The notes below the pieces were generated by a model. The model searched no databases. It worked only from the letters and a program-made list of their open reading frames with translations, and had not been told where the DNA came from. From a virus (taxonomy: Duplodnaviria; Caudoviricetes), in IMG/VR virus record IMGVR_UViG_3300027796_000281, positions 1 to 29,551 of that record: DNA of 29,551 nt. One strand, given 5' to 3'. How positions within the stretch are numbered: position 1 is the first letter of the stretch; each line of letters begins with the position of its first letter. Both the position numbers and the translations under genes were made by a program. Positions 14,301-22,839 of the stretch are shown piece by piece.

Positions 14301-15452
14301 ATGAACGACTTTTTTCTTGATGGCGCCGTGTTCGGCTCCGGGCCGCCTGACTCGGTCCGGCGCGACGCGGCGGGCGTGCCGATCGCGTGGCGGTTGCTGA
14401 AGGCCGGGAAGCTTTCCCTGGTCAAGAACGGCGTCGCGGACGCGCTGGACATCACGAAAGAGCGTCTGACGCAGGCGATCGACTACTTTACCTGCAAGGG
14501 CGAGAAGGTTCCGATCGACAGCAGCCATTATCTTTCCGCGCTGGCGGACCAGCACAAGATCCCCGAAAGCGAGGTGGAACGTCTGATCCCGGGCGGCGCG
14601 GCCGCGATGGGATACGGGCAGCTCGCTCTTTCGGCGGACGGGTCGGAACTCTGGATCGACAAAATCCAGTGGAAGGACCCCGCCTACAAGCTGCTGAAGG
14701 ACGGCATCTACAAATACTTCTCCCCGATGCTCCGGGGACTGAAGGAAGGACCGTTCCGCGTGACCTGCGTGGCGCTTGAAAATCAGCCCGCAATCAATGA
14801 TCTCGACGAACTCGCGGCGCAAGCCGCCGATGACACAAACCCGATCCGTCTTGCCGCAAGGGGACGGATCGAAGAAAAAAAGAAAGGGAATCCTATGGAT
14901 CCGACTCTCCTGAAAGCCTTGCAGAAACTCGTGCCGGGCTGTGACGTGCTTGCGCTGGCAGCCGAAGACCCCGCGAAATCCAAACCCGAGCAGAACAAGA
15001 TCGCCTGCGCGGTGGAAGACACCGCGGTCATGCTGACCCAGCTGCGCGATCTGCTCAAGCTCCCGGCCGATGCCGACCGCGCCGCGATCGAGGCCGCCCT
15101 CAAAGGAGTGCTTGCAAAGGCCGGCAGCGCCGACACCACCCAGCAGGAAAATCTCGCGATGAAAGCCTCCGCCGAAAAAACGGAAAAAGCGCGCCTGATC
15201 GCCGACGGAAAGCAGAACGGCCAGATCACCGACGCGATGCTCGCATGGGCCGACACGCAGGACAGCAAAGCCCTGAGCGCCTATCTCCAGCATGCGCCGA
15301 AACTCGTGCCGACCGGACAGCTTCCCAAGCCCGAACGCAAGCCGACTGACGGCGATACCGTGGCACTGACGGCGGAAGAAAAAAGGATCTGCCAGATGGC
15401 GCATGTCAGCGAAGAAAATTATCTCAAGGAAAAGAAAGGCGGTAACAAATGA
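14301..15452 (+). CDS. Mu gpI-like prohead protease/scaffold
   Basis: VPIDSSH, AAAMGY, YKYFSP, VALENQPAINDLDELAA; helical C-half. Confidence 0.88.
   Translation: MNDFFLDGAVFGSGPPDSVRRDAAGVPIAWRLLKAGKLSLVKNGVADALDITKERLTQAIDYFTCKGEKVPIDSSHYLSALADQHKIPESEVERLIPGGAAAMGYGQLALSADGSELWIDKIQWKDPAYKLLKDGIYKYFSPMLRGLKEGPFRVTCVALENQPAINDLDELAAQAADDTNPIRLAARGRIEEKKKGNPMDPTLLKALQKLVPGCDVLALAAEDPAKSKPEQNKIACAVEDTAVMLTQLRDLLKLPADADRAAIEAALKGVLAKAGSADTTQQENLAMKASAEKTEKARLIADGKQNGQITDAMLAWADTQDSKALSAYLQHAPKLVPTGQLPKPERKPTDGDTVALTAEEKRICQMAHVSEENYLKEKKGGNK
14895..15452 (+). CDS. Nested in-frame scaffold protein (Mu gpZ-like)
   Basis: Internal AAAGGGA-atcct-ATG (MDPTLLKAL) at the protease/scaffold boundary, as in Mu I/Z. 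Confidence 0.6.
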   Translation: MDPTLLKALQKLVPGCDVLALAAEDPAKSKPEQNKIACAVEDTAVMLTQLRDLLKLPADADRAAIEAALKGVLAKAGSADTTQQENLAMKASAEKTEKARLIADGKQNGQITDAMLAWADTQDSKALSAYLQHAPKLVPTGQLPKPERKPTDGDTVALTAEEKRICQMAHVSEENYLKEKKGGNK

Positions 15453-16084
15453 CGGCTCTCGCACAAGACAGAGGCACCCTGAAGAAGGTGCCGGTACGGC
15501 GGACTCTGGAAGCGGCCGGAACCATTTACGTCGGCGCCCTTGTGGCGGTCAATTCCAGCGGCAAGGCCGTGGCGGCCTCGGACGCCGCCGGGCTCAAGGT
15601 GATCGGCTGCGCGCAGAATGCGGCGATCGCCACCGAAAACGTGACCGTCGAGGAAGGCTGCTTCGCCTACGACGGCACTGGCATCACCAATGCCGACATC
15701 GGAAAGACGGTCTACGTGGCCGATGACCAGACGGTCTCCCTCAGCGCCGGCACCAACGGCGTCATCGCCGGAACCGTTTTCGACGTGGACACGGAAGGCG
15801 TCTGGGTTGCGATCGGACGCACCGCCCAGGGCGTCTATCAGACGCCGCTCTCCAAGGCCGCCAGTTCTGACATTACGGCCGGGACGGATGATGCCATGTA
15901 TGCCACTCCCAAGGGGCTCAAGGACGCCGGAATCGTCGCGGTTGCCGCCGCCACCACGGCCGCCGCGGGCAAGGTCAAGATGGCCGCCACCGTCGCCGCC
16001 GCGGCCGGAGAGACCACAACCGGAGCCGAGTTCAACGCCCTGCGCACCTCGCTGATCAACTCCGGAGCGCTCTCCGCCACCTGA
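15449..16084 (+). CDS. Capsid decoration/cement protein with C-terminal head-fibre-like extension
   Basis: IYVGALVAVNSSGKAV..IGKTVYVADDQTV; tail ATTAAAGKVKMAA..EFNALRTSLINSG. Confidence 0.75.
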   Translation: MTALAQDRGTLKKVPVRRTLEAAGTIYVGALVAVNSSGKAVAASDAAGLKVIGCAQNAAIATENVTVEEGCFAYDGTGITNADIGKTVYVADDQTVSLSAGTNGVIAGTVFDVDTEGVWVAIGRTAQGVYQTPLSKAASSDITAGTDDAMYATPKGLKDAGIVAVAAATTAAAGKVKMAATVAAAAGETTTGAEFNALRTSLINSGALSAT

Positions 16085-16090
16085 GAATAC

Positions 16091-16177
16091 AGTTTGTAAG
16101 CGGGAGAGTGCGGACTTCCCGATTTCTCCCATTTACAAACTTCCCAACTTACAAATTCACGAATTCAACCTGAAAGG
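16091..16177 (+). repeat. 8-nt-period repeat element, copy 2, forming a hairpin before the capsid gene
   Basis: AGTTTGTAAGCGGGAGA pairs with TCTCCCATTTACAAACT; then AACTTACA AATTCACG AATTCAAC CTGAAAGG. Confidence 0.75.
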
Positions 16178-16184
16178 TTAACAA

Positions 16185-17099
16185 ATGGAACTCAATTCCA
16201 CCAATCTGACCAGCATGCGGACGGCGTTCAATCTCCGTTTCAAAGCGGGGATCGAGGCCTACAAGCCGATTTACGCGGATCTGGCGATGATCGAGGGCGA
16301 TGTCGCCCATGACGCGATCGAATTCCCCTTCCTCGAACAGTTCGCCGGAATGCGCGAATGGCTGGGCGACCGCCAGTACAAGAGTCTCTCGAGCAACAAA
16401 ATCACCATCAAGGAAAAGCCCTTCGAGCAGTCCGTCTCCATTCCCCGCCGGAAAATCGAAACCGACAACTGGGGAATCTACGGCACGGTCATCGCCCAGA
16501 TGGGCGCCGCCGGGGAACAGCTCTGGGACGAGCTCTTCATTGAGGCGCTGGCCAATCCCGCCGCCTGGTTTGACGGCAAGGCATTTTATGTCAACAACCG
16601 CAAATACGGCAGCGCAAAGAATGCCGGCACGATCAACAACATCGCCACTCTGGCGCTGGACTTCGCCAACTTCGGAACTTTCTATCTCCAGATGTCGACG
16701 CTCACCGGCGCGACCGGAAAGCCGCTCTCCTCGCGTCCGACGCACCTGATCGTGGGTCCCGCGCTGGAAGACACCGCCCGGATCATCCTGACCCAGGACA
16801 AATACAAGGACGCCCAGGGCAACGAAGTCCTGAACCCGCACAAGGGAAAATGCCAGCTGGTGGTGCATCCGCTGCTGGTCGGCGATTACGCCAATGACTG
16901 GTATCTCGGCAAGTTCGACGCCGTGCTCAAACCGATCATGATCATGAAGAACAAGATCGGGGCGCTGGTGTCCCTTACCTCCGAAACGGATGAAAACGTG
17001 TTCCAGCGCGACGAAGTCGTCTACGGCAACAGCGCCTACGGCAACGCCGCCGCGCTGTTCCCGCATCTCCTCGGACGGTCTCGTCCCAGCGAGGGCTGA
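16185..17099 (+). CDS. Mu gpT-like major capsid protein
   Basis: GMREWLGDR, FEQSVSIPRRKIETDNWGIY, FDGKAFY, PTHLIVGPALE. Confidence 0.93.
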   Translation: MELNSTNLTSMRTAFNLRFKAGIEAYKPIYADLAMIEGDVAHDAIEFPFLEQFAGMREWLGDRQYKSLSSNKITIKEKPFEQSVSIPRRKIETDNWGIYGTVIAQMGAAGEQLWDELFIEALANPAAWFDGKAFYVNNRKYGSAKNAGTINNIATLALDFANFGTFYLQMSTLTGATGKPLSSRPTHLIVGPALEDTARIILTQDKYKDAQGNEVLNPHKGKCQLVVHPLLVGDYANDWYLGKFDAVLKPIMIMKNKIGALVSLTSETDENVFQRDEVVYGNSAYGNAAALFPHLLGRSRPSEG

Positions 17100-17101
17100 G
17101 C

Positions 17102-17524
17102 ATGAGCTACGCGACGGCTTCGGATTTGTCGGAGCGGCTCGGGACGGTCTACGGTAAGATCTACGCCGGGGAGTCCGGCCCTGCCGCCGCGGATTCCGAT
17201 CTGGAGTCCGCCGCGGCGGAGATCGACGGTGCGCTGGCGTTCCGCTACGCCCTCCCGATCGAAGGAGACCGCAGTCTGGCGCTGCTCAAGGACTGGACGC
17301 TGACACTGGCCGAGGAGCGGGCTTACTCCCGCGCCGCCGGATCCAGTCTGGCGGACAAGGTCAAACTGCGCGTCGACCAGGTGCGCAAGTATCTGGAGAT
17401 GGTCCGTGAGGATCAGTTCCGACTGCCGGACGCAGCCGAAAATGTATCGGCCGGCAGCGGCGGCATCTCTCTGGTCAAAAACGAGCCGCCCGTCTTCGGA
17501 CGCAACAACATGGGGGGATTTTGA
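17102..17524 (+). CDS. Mu gp36-like head-tail connector (DUF1320)
   Basis: MSYATASDL, AAAEIDGALAFRYALP, YLEMVREDQFRL. Confidence 0.85.
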   Translation: MSYATASDLSERLGTVYGKIYAGESGPAAADSDLESAAAEIDGALAFRYALPIEGDRSLALLKDWTLTLAEERAYSRAAGSSLADKVKLRVDQVRKYLEMVREDQFRLPDAAENVSAGSGGISLVKNEPPVFGRNNMGGF

Positions 17525-17526
17525 AC

Positions 17527-17622
17527 AGTTTGTAAGTTGGAGAATTTGTAAGTTTATAAGAAAACGAATTCCACAACTCACGAATTTTCCAATTTTCCAA
17601 CTCATAAACTTAATCTGAAAGG
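17527..17622. repeat. 8-nt-period repeat element, copy 3, with inverted halves
   Basis: AGTTTGTA AGTTGGAG AATTTGTA AGTTTATA AGAAAACG AATTCCAC AACTCACG AATTTTCC AATTTTCC AACTCATA AACTTAAT CTGAAAGG, in unbroken register. Confidence 0.85.
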
Positions 17623-17628
17623 TTCAAC

Positions 17629-18039
17629 ATGCGCGCCCCCCATGAAATAACCGGCGATCTCAAGACGCTGCTGGATCAGTCGTTTCAGACGGTTCTGATT
17701 ACGACCGCGCAGATTTCGGAGCAGTTTCTTTCCGAGGTGCGCGCGATCAGTTCGGCGGCGCTGCCCGCGGTGGTCATCGTCTACGAGGGCTACTCGAACA
17801 GCGGCGGGGTCAGCGAGACACAGCTGGCTCTGGTGCTGATCGACGAGTTCCGGGCTGACGACCAGGACAAGGCAGTATCGGTACTGACCGCGCTGTCGAC
17901 GCTCTCCGCGCTGTTCCCGGCAACGGGGCTCGCTCTCAGCGGTGTCATGTATTTTCCATCCGGCGCGCAGGCGGCCAGCGCGGACAAGGCTTACGCGTGC
18001 TTTGCGCTCAGCCTGACCGCCAAACAGGGATCAACGTAA
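17629..18039 (+). CDS. Putative tail terminator (gp37-like)
   Basis: LPAVVIVYEG; size and synteny. Confidence 0.6.
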   Translation: MRAPHEITGDLKTLLDQSFQTVLITTAQISEQFLSEVRAISSAALPAVVIVYEGYSNSGGVSETQLALVLIDEFRADDQDKAVSVLTALSTLSALFPATGLALSGVMYFPSGAQAASADKAYACFALSLTAKQGST

Positions 18040-18059
18040 CACAAAAAGAAAGGCTTATT

Positions 18060-18392
18060 ATGGCAACGGTTTTTGGACTTGTTACCTACAAGGGCGCGAT
18101 CGCCGCGCTCGAACTCCAGGATGTCACCTACGGAGAAAGCGGATCCACCAGTGAGCCGCTTAAGGAGGACGGCACCGTGGAACAGATCGACACCTACGGC
18201 GACAAGGTGACGTTGCAGGCAAACGGAAACGTCAAGACGGGTGCAAACATGGCCGCGCTAACTCGTGGCGCCACTCTGACGGTCGACTCGATCGCCTACA
18301 AGATCACGGACGTCCAGATCAAGGAAAGCGTCACCGGCGCGAAAACCTGTTCGATTTCCGGCTCCGCCCCGAAGCCGGTTCCCGCGGGTTAA
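18060..18392 (+). CDS. Putative small tail tube protein
   Basis: Beta-rich 110 aa, GAAAGG RBS; lies between the terminator and chaperone genes. Confidence 0.5.
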   Translation: MATVFGLVTYKGAIAALELQDVTYGESGSTSEPLKEDGTVEQIDTYGDKVTLQANGNVKTGANMAALTRGATLTVDSIAYKITDVQIKESVTGAKTCSISGSAPKPVPAG

Positions 18393-18395
18393 CCC

Positions 18396-19118
18396 ATGAC
18401 CGAACAGGAAGGACTGCGGCTGGCGACGAAGGAATTTTCCGCCGTCCTGGCCGCCGATCCGGAGCTGAAGCGTCTGGAAGGACTCAAATACGACCGGAAA
18501 AGCGAATTTGCGCCGCTTCTGGACGCGATCGGGCTCCGGGGCGGCTGGAAGATCGGGTCGCTGCCCGTGAAGCCTTTGACGGCCGCAAAATGGGGGTTCC
18601 TCTGGGGCATCGGGAATCCGCTGGTAGCCGGGGATCTTCCGGAAGGAACGGCCGCAACCGCCGCCGACGCGGATATTTTTCTTTTCGTGCTGGCGGCGCC
18701 GGACCTCCGGAAGCTGGAGATTTCCTTCTCCGACCTTCCGGCGGTGGCGTCCGGATACGCGGAAGCCACCGGGCTTTCCCCGGAGGATGTGGTTCGGGAA
18801 ATCCATCAGGTCAAGCAGTCCGCCTTCCACGCCTTCGAGATGCTGCCGGAAACGTCCGGGCGCGGGGAACCGGTGCATTACGACGCCGACTGGCTGACGC
18901 TGCTGTCCGGCATCGCCGCGCGGGAGACGCTGACGCCGGTCGAGGAGGTCATGCACGAGATGCCTCTTTCGACGGTTCTGTATCACTACATCCAGTATCA
19001 GCGGCGCGAAGACCTCCGCGGCGGGAATATCAAGCGCCGTCCGAACAGCGATGTTCAAAAATTGATCTCGAAGCGGATCGATGAACTTGCGGAGGCGTTT
19101 TTGAAAGTTTGTAAGTGA
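18396..19118 (+). CDS. Putative tail assembly chaperone
   Basis: Directly precedes the tape measure gene; C-terminal EEVMHEMPLS resembles pre-TMP chaperone tails. Confidence 0.55.
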   Translation: MTEQEGLRLATKEFSAVLAADPELKRLEGLKYDRKSEFAPLLDAIGLRGGWKIGSLPVKPLTAAKWGFLWGIGNPLVAGDLPEGTAATAADADIFLFVLAAPDLRKLEISFSDLPAVASGYAEATGLSPEDVVREIHQVKQSAFHAFEMLPETSGRGEPVHYDADWLTLLSGIAARETLTPVEEVMHEMPLSTVLYHYIQYQRREDLRGGNIKRRPNSDVQKLISKRIDELAEAFLKVCK

Positions 19119-19136
19119 AGAATTTGTAAGTTTGTA
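19106..19136. repeat. 8-nt-period repeat element, copy 4
   Basis: AGTTTGTA AGTGAAG AATTTGTA AGTTTGTA before the tape measure RBS. Confidence 0.75.
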
Positions 19137-19151
19137 AAAAGGAAAAACCTC

Positions 19152-21422
19152 ATGCCGACTATCGTAAAAATCACGTGCGACGGTGAAAGCTATACACAAG
19201 AACTGAATCGCATCGTGTCTTTTACGCGCGAGAGCCGGCGTCAAATGGAAACGGCAGTCTCCGGAGAGATCAAGTCGACCGTGAAGCAGGAGGTCAAGGG
19301 CGCGGAGGAGATCCAGAAGGCAAAGCAGGAGATCGACTCAATTCCTGCTGATAAAAAAGTGGTCGTGACCACCGAATTCAGCGGCGTTTCCAAGACCTCG
19401 GAAGACCAGCCGGCCCAGACCGGCAACGTGCAGGATCAGGAGGTGACCGTCACGGCCAAAGTCGAGGGGATGAATGATGTAAAAAGCCTCGCAACTGCGC
19501 TGGATGAGCTTCCCGACACGGTCTCCGTGGCTGTCAATGTAACCACGCCGTCCGCGCCTCAAACACCAACACCGCAACCCGCGCAGCAGCCGAATCAGCC
19601 TGCCCCGCAGCAACAGCATGGCAACGTGCAGCAGATATCCAAGGCGGGGGCGGCAGTCGGAGCGCTCAGCAATGCTCTTGGCACAGCAAATCCGCAGCTG
19701 GCCCTTTTTGGCCAGTTGCTGTCTACCATCGTGACTGGTCCAGTTGCTGTTTTTACCGCCGCAATAGGCATTGCCGTCGCAACTATCGTGACCATCTGGG
19801 ACAAGCTCATTATGTCAGCGGACGAATACGCGGCCAAGCTGGCCAGGCTCAGCTCGGACGCGGAAAAACATGCTCAATCGGTGCAAAAGGAGCATGATGC
19901 CGCGCGCGGCTACATGTCGCGTCTCCAGGCGCTGGCCGCGCAGGAGGTCTTGAGCAATGAATCAAAACTCGAAGCGGCAAAGCTGATCGAGGTAGTGAAC
20001 TCGAAGTATGGCAATCTGGGTGTGACGCTGGCGGATGTCATCAACAAAACCGGCGCACTGGATGCCGCGCAGGCGCGTCTGAATCAGCGGCTGCTCGAGG
20101 AGCAGAAGGTGGAACTGGCGCGGCAGGCCGCGGCGGCGAGGAAACAGGCCGAGCAGGAAGGAAAAATTGCGATCTCCACCAACTACGGGCTTGGAAAAAT
20201 CGTTGGATATGGAAGTTACCAGGCGTCCCAACAGATGTTTTCCGAAGATGTCGCAAAAAGACCGGTTGAGAAACGAATCGATTTTGCCACAAAAATGCGC
20301 GATGCCATGGGGACAAGCGAGACTGACGCCGCCGCCTGGCAGAAAGTAATCGATACGCTCGAGAAAGAGCGTGAACTCACCCGTCAGATTGGCGACATCG
20401 ATCGCGGCCTTGCTGCCGCGAAGCTGGCGGCCGACGCTGAAATCAACGATCGGAAAAACCGTGAACTCGCCCTGAAAACAAAAATACAGGAACAGTCCAA
20501 GTATGAGGTCGATTACGCGAAGCTGACCGCCGCCGGAGAGTATGACAAGGCCGCCGCCCTCAAGCAGCAGCATGAACTCAAGCAGCAGAACCTGACCCTT
20601 ACCGAGGCGGAGAAACAGGCGGTCCTCGACAATCAGAAAGCACTGCAGGCGATCGAGACCGGCAAACGGATTTCCGAGGGCGCGGACGAACTTGAGATCC
20701 AGAAAGCGCTCCTGGCTGGCGACTTTGAGCGTGCCAACGCCCTGAAGCTGCAGCTGGAGTATAAACGCCAGGGGAAGGCCCTCAGCAAGGAAGACCAGGA
20801 TGCTCTGCTTAAGCAGCAGAAGGAATCCCAGAAACTCGATACCGACAAGGCCATCTCCGAGAATGAGACGGAGCTCGAGATCCAGAAAGCGCTCCTGGCG
20901 GGCGAATATGAAAAGGCCGACGCTCTCAAGCGCCAGCTGGAGTATAAGCGTCAGGGCAAGACGCTGGACGCCGATCAGGAAAAGGCCCTCAAGAAGCAGC
21001 AGGAAGCGCAGAACGCGATGAATCTCCAGAAGTCCATGAAGGATCAGGGGAAATCGGTGCTTTACGGCGCGATGGAACAGGCCGGCATGGGACGCGCGGC
21101 CGCCTATGCGAAGGCGCTCGACGACGCCGAAAAGACCAAGGGCGGAAAGCTGACCGGCGATGAAGCCAGCCGGACGAAACAGCTGACCGATCTGAGCTTG
21201 CAGTTGAGCGCGTCGGTTCCGGTGCAACTCGGCGATCTCGGGATCAAGACGAACGACCTGACGGCGCGCGGCGGCTTTTCCTCCGGCGCGGTCATGCCGG
21301 ACAAGGACGAGGTCAACCGTGCGATCCGCACCAATACCCAGTCTATGGCGGAGGCCCTGAAGGGAATCCAGACCTGGCTGGATAAACTGGACAACAGCAT
21401 AAAGGAAGGGAACAGGAACTGA
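19152..21422 (+). CDS. Tail tape measure protein
   Basis: 756 aa, Ala/Gln/Lys-rich helical, one hydrophobic stretch, 61-aa repeats ELEIQKALLAG..LEYKRQGK. Confidence 0.8.
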   Translation: MPTIVKITCDGESYTQELNRIVSFTRESRRQMETAVSGEIKSTVKQEVKGAEEIQKAKQEIDSIPADKKVVVTTEFSGVSKTSEDQPAQTGNVQDQEVTVTAKVEGMNDVKSLATALDELPDTVSVAVNVTTPSAPQTPTPQPAQQPNQPAPQQQHGNVQQISKAGAAVGALSNALGTANPQLALFGQLLSTIVTGPVAVFTAAIGIAVATIVTIWDKLIMSADEYAAKLARLSSDAEKHAQSVQKEHDAARGYMSRLQALAAQEVLSNESKLEAAKLIEVVNSKYGNLGVTLADVINKTGALDAAQARLNQRLLEEQKVELARQAAAARKQAEQEGKIAISTNYGLGKIVGYGSYQASQQMFSEDVAKRPVEKRIDFATKMRDAMGTSETDAAAWQKVIDTLEKERELTRQIGDIDRGLAAAKLAADAEINDRKNRELALKTKIQEQSKYEVDYAKLTAAGEYDKAAALKQQHELKQQNLTLTEAEKQAVLDNQKALQAIETGKRISEGADELEIQKALLAGDFERANALKLQLEYKRQGKALSKEDQDALLKQQKESQKLDTDKAISENETELEIQKALLAGEYEKADALKRQLEYKRQGKTLDADQEKALKKQQEAQNAMNLQKSMKDQGKSVLYGAMEQAGMGRAAAYAKALDDAEKTKGGKLTGDEASRTKQLTDLSLQLSASVPVQLGDLGIKTNDLTARGGFSSGAVMPDKDEVNRAIRTNTQSMAEALKGIQTWLDKLDNSIKEGNRN

Positions 21423-22213
21423 TGCAAACCAGTGTTCACCAGGGACGTGTTTTCGAGCGCAACGAGAACGGGTCCAGCACAACGGAGACCGTGACCGGAA
21501 CGCAGGCGGAAATGCAGGCGTATCTGGAGGCGCTGGTCTTTGACAGCACGGCCGGCGGACGGCATGTCACCAGCGGCAAGGTGTCGCAGGTGGCCGGGAC
21601 GGAATGGAAATGCGAAGTGGTTTACGCAGACGAATCCAACGGCGGGACCGTGACGCCGCCGTCTTCCGCCTATGGAAAGAAATCCGCGACACTGTCCACC
21701 GGCTGCATGCGCATGCCGTTGGAAAAGCGCGAAAACTATCTGGCAAATTGGAATCACTATCTTGCAAAAGGTTTGCTGGAGAGCGAGACGGACGATGGAC
21801 TAACGCCCGATTTCTGGTTTGACGCCTCGACGGTGATCCTCAGCAAGCAGGACTCGCAGCGTTGGAAATGGGTCAAGTCCATGGCGGACATTCCCCCGGA
21901 CGCCGATAAGCTGGGGCGGACCTGGAAGATCATCAAGGACCCCACAAAACCGGGCGTGGAAGGTTACGATCTGGCGACTTATCAGGTGACGGAGTCGGTC
22001 AAGCAGCCGAACCCGACGCGGTGCGGATATTATGTGGCCAACCGCCTCAATAAAATTATCAGCCCCAACGAAACTTTCGGGCTCACGGTCGGCAACTGGA
22101 AGTGCGACTCGGCGTCGATCCAGTGGGATGGCAAGCACTGGAAGGCGACGCTCACCTACACGCTCTCTGGCGACGCCGAAGGCTGGGACCTTGATCTTTA
22201 TGAGCTTGGATAA
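21422..22213 (+). CDS. Putative tail-tip protein
   Basis: First gene after the tape measure gene, TGATG coupling. Confidence 0.55.
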   Translation: MQTSVHQGRVFERNENGSSTTETVTGTQAEMQAYLEALVFDSTAGGRHVTSGKVSQVAGTEWKCEVVYADESNGGTVTPPSSAYGKKSATLSTGCMRMPLEKRENYLANWNHYLAKGLLESETDDGLTPDFWFDASTVILSKQDSQRWKWVKSMADIPPDADKLGRTWKIIKDPTKPGVEGYDLATYQVTESVKQPNPTRCGYYVANRLNKIISPNETFGLTVGNWKCDSASIQWDGKHWKATLTYTLSGDAEGWDLDLYELG

Positions 22214-22224
22214 GGAGACATGAC

Positions 22225-22830
22225 ATGGACGTTCCATCACCGCTTCTTCGCGGAGACCAGCGCAAGGAATCAGTATTTCTTAAGGTCAACGAACTATGTC
22301 AGTATCTCCGGGCGGAGCGCCTGAACGCGGACGGCCGCACAATTGCGCTGAACCGGACCGGCTCCGGCGTCATGATTTCGGCTTTGCGCCAGGCGGCGGC
22401 TGGGGTGCAGTCGTCCTCCGGCGCGGTGCTGGACGGCTTTTTCAAAGTGTCGCTGGTCAAGTCCGCGGAGGGCGTGACTATGCTTTCCGTGCTTGACGGA
22501 TACGACAAGACGGCGCCGCTCGCCGGATATGCTTATTACAATGGAAAAAAAGTGGAGTGTCCGACGGCGGAAGGCATCGCGGTCGCGGCCGGGTATCTCT
22601 GTCTTGGCATCAGCAAAGACGCGGAAACTTATACAGTCGGCTATACGATCGAGGCTTCGATCCCCGACATGCCGACGCTGGAGAGCATCACAGACGACAA
22701 CACTGCAAAATATCCGATCGCCGAGATCCTCGGTTCCGCCGCGGACGGTTGGAGTTGCCGGCAGCTCCAGCTGTCCGGGCTTCCGGCTCTCTGGTGCTTC
22801 GGCCCGTGCGACACGGAAACAACAACATGA
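22225..22830 (+). CDS. Putative tail protein
   Basis: AAGGAG RBS; synteny. Confidence 0.55.
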   Translation: MDVPSPLLRGDQRKESVFLKVNELCQYLRAERLNADGRTIALNRTGSGVMISALRQAAAGVQSSSGAVLDGFFKVSLVKSAEGVTMLSVLDGYDKTAPLAGYAYYNGKKVECPTAEGIAVAAGYLCLGISKDAETYTVGYTIEASIPDMPTLESITDDNTAKYPIAEILGSAADGWSCRQLQLSGLPALWCFGPCDTETTT

Positions 22831-22839
22831 GGAGAAAAA

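Noticed and set aside
18396-19118. Programmed G/GT-type frameshift in the tail chaperone
   Set aside because: A single uninterrupted ORF fills the space before the tape measure gene; no second frame is needed.
20510-21000. 183-bp-period repeats in the tape measure gene
   Set aside because: Internal repeats are ordinary for tape measure proteins.
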